Below are positions 1-11,719 of a stretch of DNA of 32,000 bases, piece after piece. Source of the DNA: Clostridium disporicum. GTDB taxonomy: Bacteria; Bacillota; Clostridia; Clostridiales; Clostridiaceae. The notes under the pieces are model-generated. The model worked only from the letters and a program-made list of their open reading frames with translations. It was not told the origin of the DNA and made no database searches. The DNA is taken from assembly GCF_001405015.1 (NCBI RefSeq), contig NZ_CYZX01000017.1, forward strand, positions 43,552-75,551, read 5' to 3'. Each line of letters opens with the position of its first letter. Within the stretch, counting starts at the first letter, position 1. The translations under genes and the position numbers were made by a program.

Positions 1-2175
<2,175 letters not shown>

Positions 2176-2207
2176 AAACTAGACCTTGAAGGTCCAGTAA
2201 ATTTCCA

Positions 2208-2233
2208 GTGGCAAGCAGTTGCTTGTCACTTTT
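2208..2233 (+). terminator. Rho-independent terminator after katG
   Basis: A 9-bp stem pairs GTGGCAAGC (2208-2216) with GCTTGTCAC (2221-2229), including one G-U pair. The loop is AGTT and a TTTT run follows. Confidence 0.7.
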
Positions 2234-2253
2234 GTAGGAACTAATATACATTA

Positions 2254-2282
2254 TTGACTTATACTGTGTCAAATTATATAAT
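2254..2282 (+). promoter_or_regulatory. Sigma-A type promoter for the MATE gene
   Basis: TTGACT (2254-2259), a 17-bp spacer, then TATAAT (2277-2282), about 55 nt upstream of ATG 2338. Confidence 0.65.
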
Positions 2283-2337
2283 TATTTCCAATTAGTAAAA
2301 TAAATAGAAATATAAGTAATTTGGGGATGGTATAAAA

Positions 2338-3711
2338 ATGACAAACGAAAAGATAAGTTTGACAGAAGGAAATGCAAAGGTTGGGATGTTAAAGTTCGCT
2401 TTTCCAATATTTTTAGGACAAGTATGCCAACAGCTATATAATGTTGTAGATGCCATAGTTGTAGGGAATTATGTTGGGCAAAATGCTTTAGCAGCAGTTA
2501 CTAGTACTGGAGCGCTAATATTTTTACTTGTAGGTTTTTTTGGAGGAATGTTTTCAGGAGCAGGTGTAATTATTTCTAGATACTTTGGAGCAAAGGATGA
2601 GAAAAAGATTAAAAAAGCCGTTGGAACTGCAGTATCATTTGGATTGATTAGCGGTACAATCCTTACTATAATAGGCACTTTATTAACACCGACTATTCTA
2701 AGACTTATGGGAACTCCTGATAATGTATTTCAAGATTCATCAATATATATAAGAACATATTTTACAGGTATTATTTTTGTTGTTATGTATAATACAGCTT
2801 GTGGTATTTTTCAAGCTGTAGGAGATAGCAAACGTCCTTTATACTATCTTGTTATATCCGCTATAATTAATGTCATTTTGGATATAGTATTTGTAGGATT
2901 TTTTAATATGGGAGTTATAGGAGCTGCAATAGCTACAGTAATATCACAAGGTACAAGTGCATTTTTAGCTTTTTTTAGATTAGCTCGTATTGATAGCACA
3001 TACAAAGTAACCATAAAAGGTATTTGTATAGAAAAAAGTATTCTTAAAAGTATGATAAATATAGGATTACCTTCAGGTATACAAAATTCAGTGATTGCTT
3101 TTGCTAATGTAGTTGTTCAATCGAGTGTCAATTCATTTGGGGCAGTTGTTATGGCTGGAAATGGTGCATATATAAAATTAGAAGGCTTTGCTTTTATACC
3201 AGTTACTGCATTTTCAATGGCAATTACTACATTTGTAAGTCAAAATATTGGTGCTAAAAATTTTGATAGAGTAAAAGAAGGGGCAAGATTTGGAATTTTA
3301 TTTTCTTGTATTTGCGCTGAAGTAATTGGGCTAGTTATATTTGTCTTAGCTCCATATCTTATTAGTATATTTGGAAATAATCCAGATGTTATAGCTGTAG
3401 GGGCACAAAGAGCACATCTAAATGCATTATTTTACTTCTTATTATCATTTTCACATTGTGTATCTGGTGTTTTAAGAGGGGCTGGTAGGTCAAAGATACC
3501 TATGTTAACAATGCTGATTTGTTGGTGCGTAATACGTGTTTCATATATACAAATTGCAACACATTTAATAAATGATATAGCAGTAGTATTCTGGGCATAT
3601 CCTATTACGTGGTTCTTAAGTACAACTGTATTTTTAATATATTATAAAAAATCAAATTGGCTTGAAGAGTGTAAAAAGAAAGCATTAAGTATAGAGATTA
3701 AAAGTATTTAA
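2338..3711 (+). CDS. MATE family multidrug/toxic-compound efflux transporter
   Basis: The 457-aa polytopic membrane protein has a typical MATE N-terminus (GNAKVGMLKFAFPIFLGQVCQQLYNVVDAIVVG) and a 12-TM-like layout. GGGGATGG lies upstream of the ATG. Confidence 0.9.
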   Translation: MTNEKISLTEGNAKVGMLKFAFPIFLGQVCQQLYNVVDAIVVGNYVGQNALAAVTSTGALIFLLVGFFGGMFSGAGVIISRYFGAKDEKKIKKAVGTAVSFGLISGTILTIIGTLLTPTILRLMGTPDNVFQDSSIYIRTYFTGIIFVVMYNTACGIFQAVGDSKRPLYYLVISAIINVILDIVFVGFFNMGVIGAAIATVISQGTSAFLAFFRLARIDSTYKVTIKGICIEKSILKSMINIGLPSGIQNSVIAFANVVVQSSVNSFGAVVMAGNGAYIKLEGFAFIPVTAFSMAITTFVSQNIGAKNFDRVKEGARFGILFSCICAEVIGLVIFVLAPYLISIFGNNPDVIAVGAQRAHLNALFYFLLSFSHCVSGVLRGAGRSKIPMLTMLICWCVIRVSYIQIATHLINDIAVVFWAYPITWFLSTTVFLIYYKKSNWLEECKKKALSIEIKSI

Positions 3712-3760
3712 ATAAATATAGCAAGAGTGTTTTTGCATTATAAAATATTAGTATAATTTT

Positions 3761-3790
3761 AGTGGTAGGCTTTAGCTTTCCACTTTTTTT
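3761..3790 (+). terminator. Rho-independent terminator after the MATE gene
   Basis: An imperfect hairpin pairs AGTGG..AGGC with GC..CCACT and is followed by a 7-T run (3784-3790). Confidence 0.6.
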
Positions 3791-3960
3791 GTATATGAAA
3801 GTTCAAAATTTAATGCATGTAGGGTTTTTAGAAGTTTTGACTTCTCACTTAAGGAGTGTAATGAGATACTTCAATGGAATTCAATCTCTGAAGTGAAAAC
3901 TAAATTTGAAGAAAATATCAAGCTTCAAAATTATAAGTTAGAGTTTAAAAAGATAAAGAG

Positions 3961-4122
3961 ATAGAAGTTATTGATGAAGAAGGAAATGTTATAGATGGTT
4001 TATATGCTGCTGGAGAAGTTACAGGTGGAATTCATGGCGGTAATAGAGTAGGTGGAAGCTCATTATCAGATATATTTACATTTGGTAGAATTGCAGGTAA
4101 GAGTGCTGCTAATAATAAGTAA
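3961..4122 (+). pseudogene. 3' remnant of an FAD-binding flavocytochrome c-type fumarate/urocanate reductase gene
   Basis: Translation gives [53 protein letters not shown]. This is the conserved C-terminal FAD-binding segment ([17 protein letters not shown]) of an enzyme of roughly 500-600 aa. It has no start codon, a stop lies immediately upstream, and I recognise nothing further upstream. Confidence 0.75.
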
Positions 4123-4172
4123 TATGAAATAGTAATAGATTATATTGAAAGTCCAGTAGATTTTCAGGTGGA

Positions 4173-4205
4173 AAGCTCTATGTTTAAATACACAGAGCTT
4201 TTTTA
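4173..4205 (+). terminator. Orphaned rho-independent terminator behind the flavoprotein remnant
   Basis: The stem pairs AAGCTCT.TG with CA.AGAGCTT and is followed by a TTTTTT run. Confidence 0.6.
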
Positions 4206-4353
4206 TCTTTCTTATACAATAATAAGTATATTCTTAGGCAATGATTAAGTTCTTGTCGTAGATATAATTATTATCCATGAAATCATAAATTTTGATTTTC
4301 ATAGGATTTTATCTATATTTATAAATAACAAACTAAATTTATTACAATGATTA

Positions 4354-5729
4354 TTAGCATTTCTCTAAGACAACTTTTGAATCTACATTGTCTTTCATAA
4401 GTTTCTGGGAAGTAATAACATATAAAATAATAGCTAGGCAAATAGAGAGAATATCTGCTACTGGTTGAGCCCATACAAGTCCATTTATTCCAAGTATAGC
4501 TTTTAGAATAAATAGTGCAGGGATATATATAATTCCTTGACGACTAATATTTATTATTAGTGAAGAAACTGCAGCCCCTGTAGCTTGTAATGCATTAATT
4601 AAAACATAAAATACGCCAAATAGTGCACTTGTTGAAAGAAGGATTCTAGAAAACTCAACTCCATAGTCAAAGGCACTAACTTCAGTTAAAAATGTACTTA
4701 CAATTTGATTAGTAAATAAATAGCATATAGCTGTTAATGATACACCAAGAATTAGAGCAAACCAAAGGGAGAATTTTAATATTTTTTTATATCTATCCCA
4801 ATTCTTTGATCCTACACAAAAACCAAGTAGTGGTTGAATTCCTTGCCCAAGACCTATACAAACCATACCGGTAATCATAGTTACCTTCATAGCAACACCG
4901 ATTCCAGCTAAAGCCATATCACCATAAGAAGCCATTTGACTATTCATTATAATTTGAGAAACACTCATAAGAATAGAACCTAGAGAAGCGGGTATACCAA
5001 TGGCTAGTACGCTACTACATACCTTATCTTTTATAGTGAAATCTTTAATATTTATGCTAAGCATAGATTTTCCCTTCATAAAGTATGCAATATAGTAAAG
5101 AGCTCCAATTATATTACCAATAACTGTAGCAATAGCAGCTCCAGTAATGTTCCAACCAAAACCAAGAATCATTATTGGGTCAAGAATGATGTTTAAAAGA
5201 TTACCTATTAACATACCCATCATAGCCTTATTAGATTGACCTTCAGCTCTTAAAACATTTGAGTAACAGTTTGAAATTAGAACAAAAGGACCAGAACAAA
5301 TAACTATAATAAGATAGCTACGTGTTAATTCAATAGTATCTGAGCTTGCACCAATAAATACAAGAATTTGATCCATAAATATAAAGAAAAGTAGTGATAT
5401 AATAATCCCAACTATAACACAAGACCACATACAGAATGAACATACTTTTTTGCATAATCTTTTCGTCCTTCTCCCATGGCACGAGATATAACTGAAGTTC
5501 CTCCTATACCGAAAATAGTACCTATAGCCATAAAGATTAAAAAAACTGGAGTAGCTAGAGATACAGCAGCTACTTGAAACGGATCGTGGGTCTGTCCAAT
5601 AAAGAAAGTATCTGCTAGGTTATAAATTAGAACCATTATCATAGCAGCGATTGCAGGAACCGAATTTTTTAATATAGCCTTTGAGACAGGCATTGAGTTA
5701 AATACATCTAGAGATTTTTTGTTTTCCAT
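4354..5729 (-). pseudogene. MATE family efflux transporter split by a -1 frameshift in a poly-A run
   Basis: Two overlapping minus-strand ORFs, 5412-5729 (105 aa, MATE N-terminus) and 4354-5430 (358 aa, the rest of the MATE protein). On the coding strand the sequence reads GAT TAT GCA AAAAAG TAT..., with the A6 run at plus-strand T6 5446-5451. One extra A would give ...DYAKKVCSFCMWSCVIVG... and restore a single protein of about 460 aa. Confidence 0.85.
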
Positions 5730-5755
5730 AGTTATTTCTCCTTTAAAATATTCGT

Positions 5756-5779
5756 TAGCACAATATTAATAGTATGCTA
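5756..5779. promoter_or_regulatory. 24-bp imperfect palindrome upstream of the frameshifted MATE gene (candidate MarR operator)
   Basis: TAGCACAATATTAATAGTATGCTA has 10 of 12 pairs symmetric. It lies between the marR terminator and the MATE start at 5729. Confidence 0.4.
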
Positions 5780-5790
5780 TTAATTTGATT

Positions 5791-5818
5791 TTATTAAAAG
5801 CTCGAAATAGTATCGAGC
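5791..5818 (-). terminator. Rho-independent terminator after marR (minus strand)
   Basis: The hairpin pairs GCTCGA (5800-5805) with TCGAGC (5813-5818). On the minus strand it is followed by TTTTAATAA. Confidence 0.5.
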
Positions 5819-5820
5819 AT

Positions 5821-6243
5821 TTATTTCATGTTATTATTTACTTTTTCTAATAGGTCATTGAAGATTAATTTTTCTTCTTCACTTAATCCAGATAAAAGTC
5901 TTTTTTCAGCATCATCCATACTTTTCTCAGCATCTAAGCAACATTCTTCGCCTCGATGAGTAAGCTTAACCATTTTTATACGTTTATCTGATGGATCACT
6001 AAAACCTTCTACAAACCCTTTTTGCTCTAATCTTGAAATGACCCCAGCAGCAGTAGATTGAGCTACTTGAAGAACTTTTTCCAGTTCCTTTAAAGAATAC
6101 TTTTTATCAGGAGCATCATTTAAAAGAAGTAGAACAGTAACTTGAGTCATAGTTAAATCTTTGCTACGTAATTCATTATTAGATTGCTTTTCTAAAGAAT
6201 CATGAATTTGTTTAATTAATAGTCCACATGGATTATGTTTCAT
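5821..6243 (-). CDS. MarR family transcriptional regulator
   Basis: The 140-aa protein has a winged-helix MarR pattern (LTMTQVTVLLLL..., SLKELEKVLQVAQSTAAGVISRLEQKGFV, DKRIKMVKLT). AAGGAGG lies upstream. Confidence 0.9.
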   Translation of the reverse strand: MKHNPCGLLIKQIHDSLEKQSNNELRSKDLTMTQVTVLLLLNDAPDKKYSLKELEKVLQVAQSTAAGVISRLEQKGFVEGFSDPSDKRIKMVKLTHRGEECCLDAEKSMDDAEKRLLSGLSEEEKLIFNDLLEKVNNNMK

Positions 6244-6355
6244 TACTTAAAGGCCTCCTTAGTTACTTCTTAATAAGAGTAACATATTTACTTTTTAAAA
6301 ACAATAGCATGCTTTTAAAAATCAGAAGTTTTTATTAAAAAATCATTTTAGAGTA

Positions 6356-6386
6356 TTGACTTCGAGTTAACTCTAAGGAGTAAGTT
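6356..6386 (+). promoter_or_regulatory. MerR/NmlR-type promoter: -35 TTGACT, 19-bp spacer containing a dyad, -10 TAAGTT
   Basis: TTGACT (6356-6361), a 19-bp spacer, then TAAGTT (6381-6386). The dyad CTTCGAGTTAACTCTAAG (6360-6377) has a perfectly palindromic core, GAGTTAACTC, and sits across the spacer. Confidence 0.5.
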
Positions 6387-6430
6387 TATTTTATAGAGAA
6401 TAATTTAATAAAATTAGAGGAGCAATATAA

Positions 6431-6847
6431 ATGAATAAAGATAGTCTAAAAAATATTAATACTATATTTCCTATAGGAGATGAACTTCCAGAACAAATTT
6501 CAAAATATTTTATTGGCACTGCATATCTAAATATGCTTACTACAAGTGGTGTTGGAATTGGAAATGTTACATTTGAACCAGGCTGTCGTAATAATTGGCA
6601 TATCCATCATAAGGGTGGTCAAATTCTTCTTGTTATATCTGGCCGTGGCTGGTATCAGGCAGAAGGTGAAGAACCAAAAGAGTTATATCCAGGAGATATA
6701 GTTAATATACCTGCTGAAGTAAAGCATTGGCATGGTGCAGCAAAAGATAGTGCTTTTTCACATCTTGCTATTGAAGTCCCAGCTGATGGTGCATCAAATG
6801 AGTGGTGTGAGCCTGTTTTTGATGAAGAGTATTTAAAATTGAAATAG
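6431..6847 (+). CDS. Cupin domain protein
   Basis: The 138-aa protein has the cupin motifs NNWHIHHKGGQILLV and GDIVNIPAEVKHWHGA. GAGGAG lies upstream. Confidence 0.85.
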   Translation: MNKDSLKNINTIFPIGDELPEQISKYFIGTAYLNMLTTSGVGIGNVTFEPGCRNNWHIHHKGGQILLVISGRGWYQAEGEEPKELYPGDIVNIPAEVKHWHGAAKDSAFSHLAIEVPADGASNEWCEPVFDEEYLKLK

Positions 6848-6878
6848 TAAAATAAATTAAGAGTAAGGGGTTATATTA

Positions 6879-8406
<1,528 letters not shown>

Positions 8407-8634
8407 TAGAAGTTAATACAAATCAAATAATGAAATAATATGAAAACAAAGAATAAACTTAATAGTCAACAAAAAAGATAGCATTACAGCTTTTTAAAGC
8501 GGTAAAATGTAGCTTAAAAGATTATGAGGGGTTAAAAGGTAGTTGAAGTAGTATTACAAAGTGGTTAGCATATAACTATTATAATATAGTATAATGTAGG
8601 TCTATTAAATAAGAGATTAGCAAATATAAAATAG

Positions 8635-8689
8635 AAGTACGTAAGGATAGTTGAAAAATATTTATCAACTATTTCTTACGTACTTTTTT
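8635..8689. terminator. Bidirectional terminator between the AKR and hydrolase genes
   Basis: A long hairpin pairs AAGTACGTAAG..ATAGTTGA with TCAACTAT..CTTACGTACTT. A T6 run follows on the plus strand and a T-rich tract follows on the minus strand. Confidence 0.65.
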
Positions 8690-9629
8690 AGTCTAAGTTT
8701 TTACTTTGTACATCTTGCCAATTATCTACGTTTTGGAATATTTCAGGTGAAGCTCCAGAAAAAACTCCAAGTGCTTCATTGTCATTCATCAATGTATATC
8801 TAAACCAAGCAGTCATATAACCATCAGCATATATTAACATATCTCCGTGGTCAATATTTTTTCGTCTTGCCATAATTGCTTTTATATTATCATTTAATGC
8901 TTCAAAGTTTCTAATCAAAGAATCAAGTGGTGCAATAGTTTCAGCATCAGCTTTACCTGTGCCAGCCACCATAAAATAAGGAATATTAACTTTAGTTATA
9001 TCATAGTTCCACTCTAGTGCATTTGCAAGCTCTAGAGAAGTGGTGCTTGCAGTATAAATTGATTTAAACATACTGCTGTTATTAAAGTTTGTTATAGTAT
9101 TGATTGCACCGACTCCCCCTTGTGAATGTCCTGATATACCGATATTTTCTATATCTAGCTTATTGTAAAATATGCTTTTTTCATTATTATTTAACGATAG
9201 AATATAGCTTAATGTAATTGAAGAAGATTCGCCAGATGCAGTATTTTCATCATCATTTCCTATAACAACAAATCCCCATGAAGCTAAATGATCAAATGTT
9301 GCTCCGTATTTTGAATAAGGTACACCAGTTCCATTTACAAATAATACGATTGGATATTTTTTGTTACTATTGTGGACTAGTTCAGTTGGATACCATATCT
9401 TATATTTACTAAATAACTCTTCGTTACTGTCAATCTCTAAAGAAGTAACATCATATTCTCCATAAGCTATATATTTTTCTTCAAGAACTCCACCAGCGAC
9501 AACATTATTGAAATATTCACTATTAATAGGTTTTGATGCAAAGTATTTCAATAGTATTAAAAAAGCAATTATTAAGAAAAGAATAATTACAAATACAATT
9601 AAAATGGTTTTTATAAATTTTTTTACCAT
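8688..9629 (-). CDS. Membrane-anchored alpha/beta hydrolase (esterase/lipase-like)
   Basis: It has the nucleophile elbow GHSQGG and an N-terminal TM segment (ILIVFVIILFLIIAFLILL). I prefer the start at MVKKFIK (9629) because AAGGGGGAG lies 7 nt upstream. The track's extension to 9671 has no RBS. Confidence 0.85.
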   Translation of the reverse strand: MVKKFIKTILIVFVIILFLIIAFLILLKYFASKPINSEYFNNVVAGGVLEEKYIAYGEYDVTSLEIDSNEELFSKYKIWYPTELVHNSNKKYPIVLFVNGTGVPYSKYGATFDHLASWGFVVIGNDDENTASGESSSITLSYILSLNNNEKSIFYNKLDIENIGISGHSQGGVGAINTITNFNNSSMFKSIYTASTTSLELANALEWNYDITKVNIPYFMVAGTGKADAETIAPLDSLIRNFEALNDNIKAIMARRKNIDHGDMLIYADGYMTAWFRYTLMNDNEALGVFSGASPEIFQNVDNWQDVQSKNLD

Positions 9630-9655
9630 TAATATCTCCCCCTTTACAATATGAT

Positions 9656-9755
9656 GAGACAGCTGTATCATAAGTTCGAGACAAGTGTATCATACACTTT
9701 ATTGCAAAAACAATAGTTTATAAAAAATGAGACAAGTTGAGAGGTTTTGTATCAT
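9656..9755. repeat. Three direct copies of GAGACA-NN-TGTATCAT in the hydrolase/TetR divergent intergenic region (candidate TetR operators)
   Basis: The copies are GAGACAGCTGTATCAT (9656-9671), GAGACAAGTGTATCAT (9678-9693), and GAGACAAGT + 10 nt + TGTATCAT (9729-9755). The second copy overlaps the perfect 13-bp palindrome GTGTATCATACAC (9685-9697). Confidence 0.55.
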
Positions 9756-10262
9756 ATGAAAAAAGAAGAAAATAATACGTATGTAAAGAAGCAGATTACA
9801 CAGGCACTTTTGAAGTTAATGGAGACTCATGTGTTCGAAGAAATTAAAATAACTAATATAGTTAAAGAAGCAATGGTTGGAAGAGCTTCGTTTTATAGAA
9901 ATTTTACGAATAAAGAGGATGTAATAAAACAATATCTTATACAACTGATTAAAGAATGGGAAGAGAAACTTAAACTAGAACAAAGAGAAGAGTCAGATTG
10001 GATAGAAAACTTATTTGGTCTTTATAAAAATTATAGTGAAGTTTACAAATTGTTATATCGCTCTAATTTATCATATTTAGTATTAGAGAATATTAAAGAA
10101 GTCTGTGGACCTAAAGAGGAACAAGATGATTTACAAGCATATTTTAATTCGTGGGTAGCTCATGGATTATTTGGTTGGATTAATGAATGGATTGTAAGAG
10201 GAATGAAGGAATCTCCTAAAGAAATGGCACAATTAATTAAGGCAGCGGAACAGCGATCTTAA
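9756..10262 (+). CDS. TetR/AcrR family transcriptional regulator
   Basis: It has the N-terminal HTH ITNIVKEAMVGRASFYRNFTNKEDV. I prefer ATG 9756 (GAGAGG is 11 nt upstream) over the track's TTG at 9747. Confidence 0.88.
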   Translation: MKKEENNTYVKKQITQALLKLMETHVFEEIKITNIVKEAMVGRASFYRNFTNKEDVIKQYLIQLIKEWEEKLKLEQREESDWIENLFGLYKNYSEVYKLLYRSNLSYLVLENIKEVCGPKEEQDDLQAYFNSWVAHGLFGWINEWIVRGMKESPKEMAQLIKAAEQRS

Positions 10263-10341
10263 AATTATTAGTTATAGAATAATAAAGTTATTAAATAATA
10301 CTATATGTAGATATGTAATTAAATTTAAAAGGAGTAAATAA

Positions 10342-10655
10342 ATGAATAAAACAATAGAAAGAATAAGAAAATTTAGAGAAGATAGAGATTGGTCACAATT
10401 TCATACACCAGAAAATTTAGCAAAGGCTATAAATATAGAAGCTGGTGAGTTATTAGAACATTTTTTATGGGACAATAATTTTAATAAAGAAGAAGTATGT
10501 GAAGAACTAGCTGATGTTATGGTTTATTGCTTACATATGGCAGATTCATTAGGTGTTGATATTGAAGATATTATAAATAAGAAGATGGATAAGAATGAAA
10601 AAAATATCCAGTAGAAAAAGCTAAAGGAAATAGTAAGAAATATACTGAATTATAG
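10342..10655 (+). pseudogene. MazG-like nucleotide pyrophosphohydrolase with a C-terminal frameshift in an A7 run
   Basis: The core is MazG-like (RDWSQFHTPENLAKAINIEAGELLEHF, EELADVMVYCLHMAD). After the A7 run (10598-10604) the frame ends as ...KNEKNIQ*. One extra A would read ...NEKKYPVEKAKGNSKKYTEL*, which I recognise as the usual family ending, with a stop at 10653-10655. Confidence 0.7.
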
Positions 10656-11051
10656 TATAGAAAAGTATATAGAAAGTGGAGCATCTGCACTAGCCTTTAA
10701 CTATGGCGATTTAGTAAAGATTAAAGAGTTAAATGCTAAGAATCAAAATGTAGGAATAGCATGTAGAATTAAATTTATAATAATATAAAATATGGTATAA
10801 TATATGGTATTATGTCTAAAATTGTTTGATATACATAAGAGTATGTAAGAGGGAATTTGGTGGATTAAAAGATGAGTGATAATTATGTTAAATTTAAGAG
10901 AGATTATACAAATGTAAAAAAGTTTAATGTAGAATTCTCAGATATTTATAATTAATTTTAAATTGTTAATTTATATATTTCAGAAAATATATAATCTCTA
11001 ATTAAATGATAATTGCTAGATAGTAAAAATTTAAGAAAGAGGGAGTAAAAA

Positions 11052-11708
11052 ATGCCTGTATATAGATTAAGTAAAGAAATAATATTTCCAAATCCAGACT
11101 TAGCTGAAGAGGATGGATTGCTAGCTGTAGGAGGAGATTTAAAGTTTGAAAGACTTATATTGGCTTATTGTAATGGTATTTTCCCGTGGTATAGTGATGG
11201 AGAACCAATACTTTGGTGGTGTCCAAAGCCAAGATTTATTATAAAACCTAATGAAGTTAATGTATCAAAGTCTATGAAAAGAGTTTTTAATAAAGGTAAG
11301 TTTACTGTTACTTTTGATAAAGATTTTAAAGCGGTAATACAAAACTGCAAAGAGCTTAGAGAAAATAAAGAAGGCACTTGGATAACTGATGAAATGATGG
11401 ATGCGTATATAAACTTACATAAAAGAGGTTTTGCATCAAGTGTCGAAGTGTATAATAATGAAAGGCTCGTAGGTGGTCTTTATGGAGTTAAGATAGGAAA
11501 GTGCTTTTTTGGAGAAAGTATGTTTTCAATAGAATCAAATGCATCTAAAGTAGCATTGATTAGTATGTGTAAAAAGCTTGAAGAAGAAGGCTTTATATTT
11601 TTAGATTGTCAAATGCATACTAACCACTTAGAAAGTATGGGTGGGAGGTTTATAGATTGGGAAGAGTTTAAATTAATGCTAAAAGAAGGCATCGAATTTG
11701 TAAACTAG
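11052..11708 (+). CDS. aat: Leucyl/phenylalanyl-tRNA--protein transferase
   Basis: The 218-aa protein has family motifs: GLLAVGGDL, LAYCNGIFPW, ILWWCP.PRF, GTWITDEM, and GGLYGV.IG.CFFGESMFS. GAGGGAG lies upstream. Confidence 0.9.
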   Translation: MPVYRLSKEIIFPNPDLAEEDGLLAVGGDLKFERLILAYCNGIFPWYSDGEPILWWCPKPRFIIKPNEVNVSKSMKRVFNKGKFTVTFDKDFKAVIQNCKELRENKEGTWITDEMMDAYINLHKRGFASSVEVYNNERLVGGLYGVKIGKCFFGESMFSIESNASKVALISMCKKLEEEGFIFLDCQMHTNHLESMGGRFIDWEEFKLMLKEGIEFVN

Positions 11709-11719
11709 ATAGGAGTAGT

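Noticed and set aside
2469-2678. Minus-strand 69-aa ORF inside the first MATE gene
   Set aside because: It is antisense to a clear membrane-transporter gene and has no translation signals.
5412-5430. The 19-nt overlap of the two MATE ORFs, read as two genuine genes or as programmed frameshifting
   Set aside because: The downstream ORF's ATG lies mid-helix of the MATE fold with no RBS. A single-base change in the A-run restores one continuous protein. There is no slippery heptamer or stimulatory structure.
10872-10955. 27-codon ORF (MSDNYVKFKRDYTNVKKFNVEFSDIYN) with GGTGGA upstream, in the 400-bp gap before aat
   Set aside because: It is short, with no recognisable features and only a weak RBS, and cannot be told apart from chance in AT-rich DNA. 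The nearby tandem ATATGGTATAAT/ATATGGTATTAT (around 10790-10815) looks like an extended -10, but I could not tie it to a gene.
11165-11377. Minus-strand 70-aa ORF inside aat
   Set aside because: It is a shadow ORF antisense to a conserved gene.
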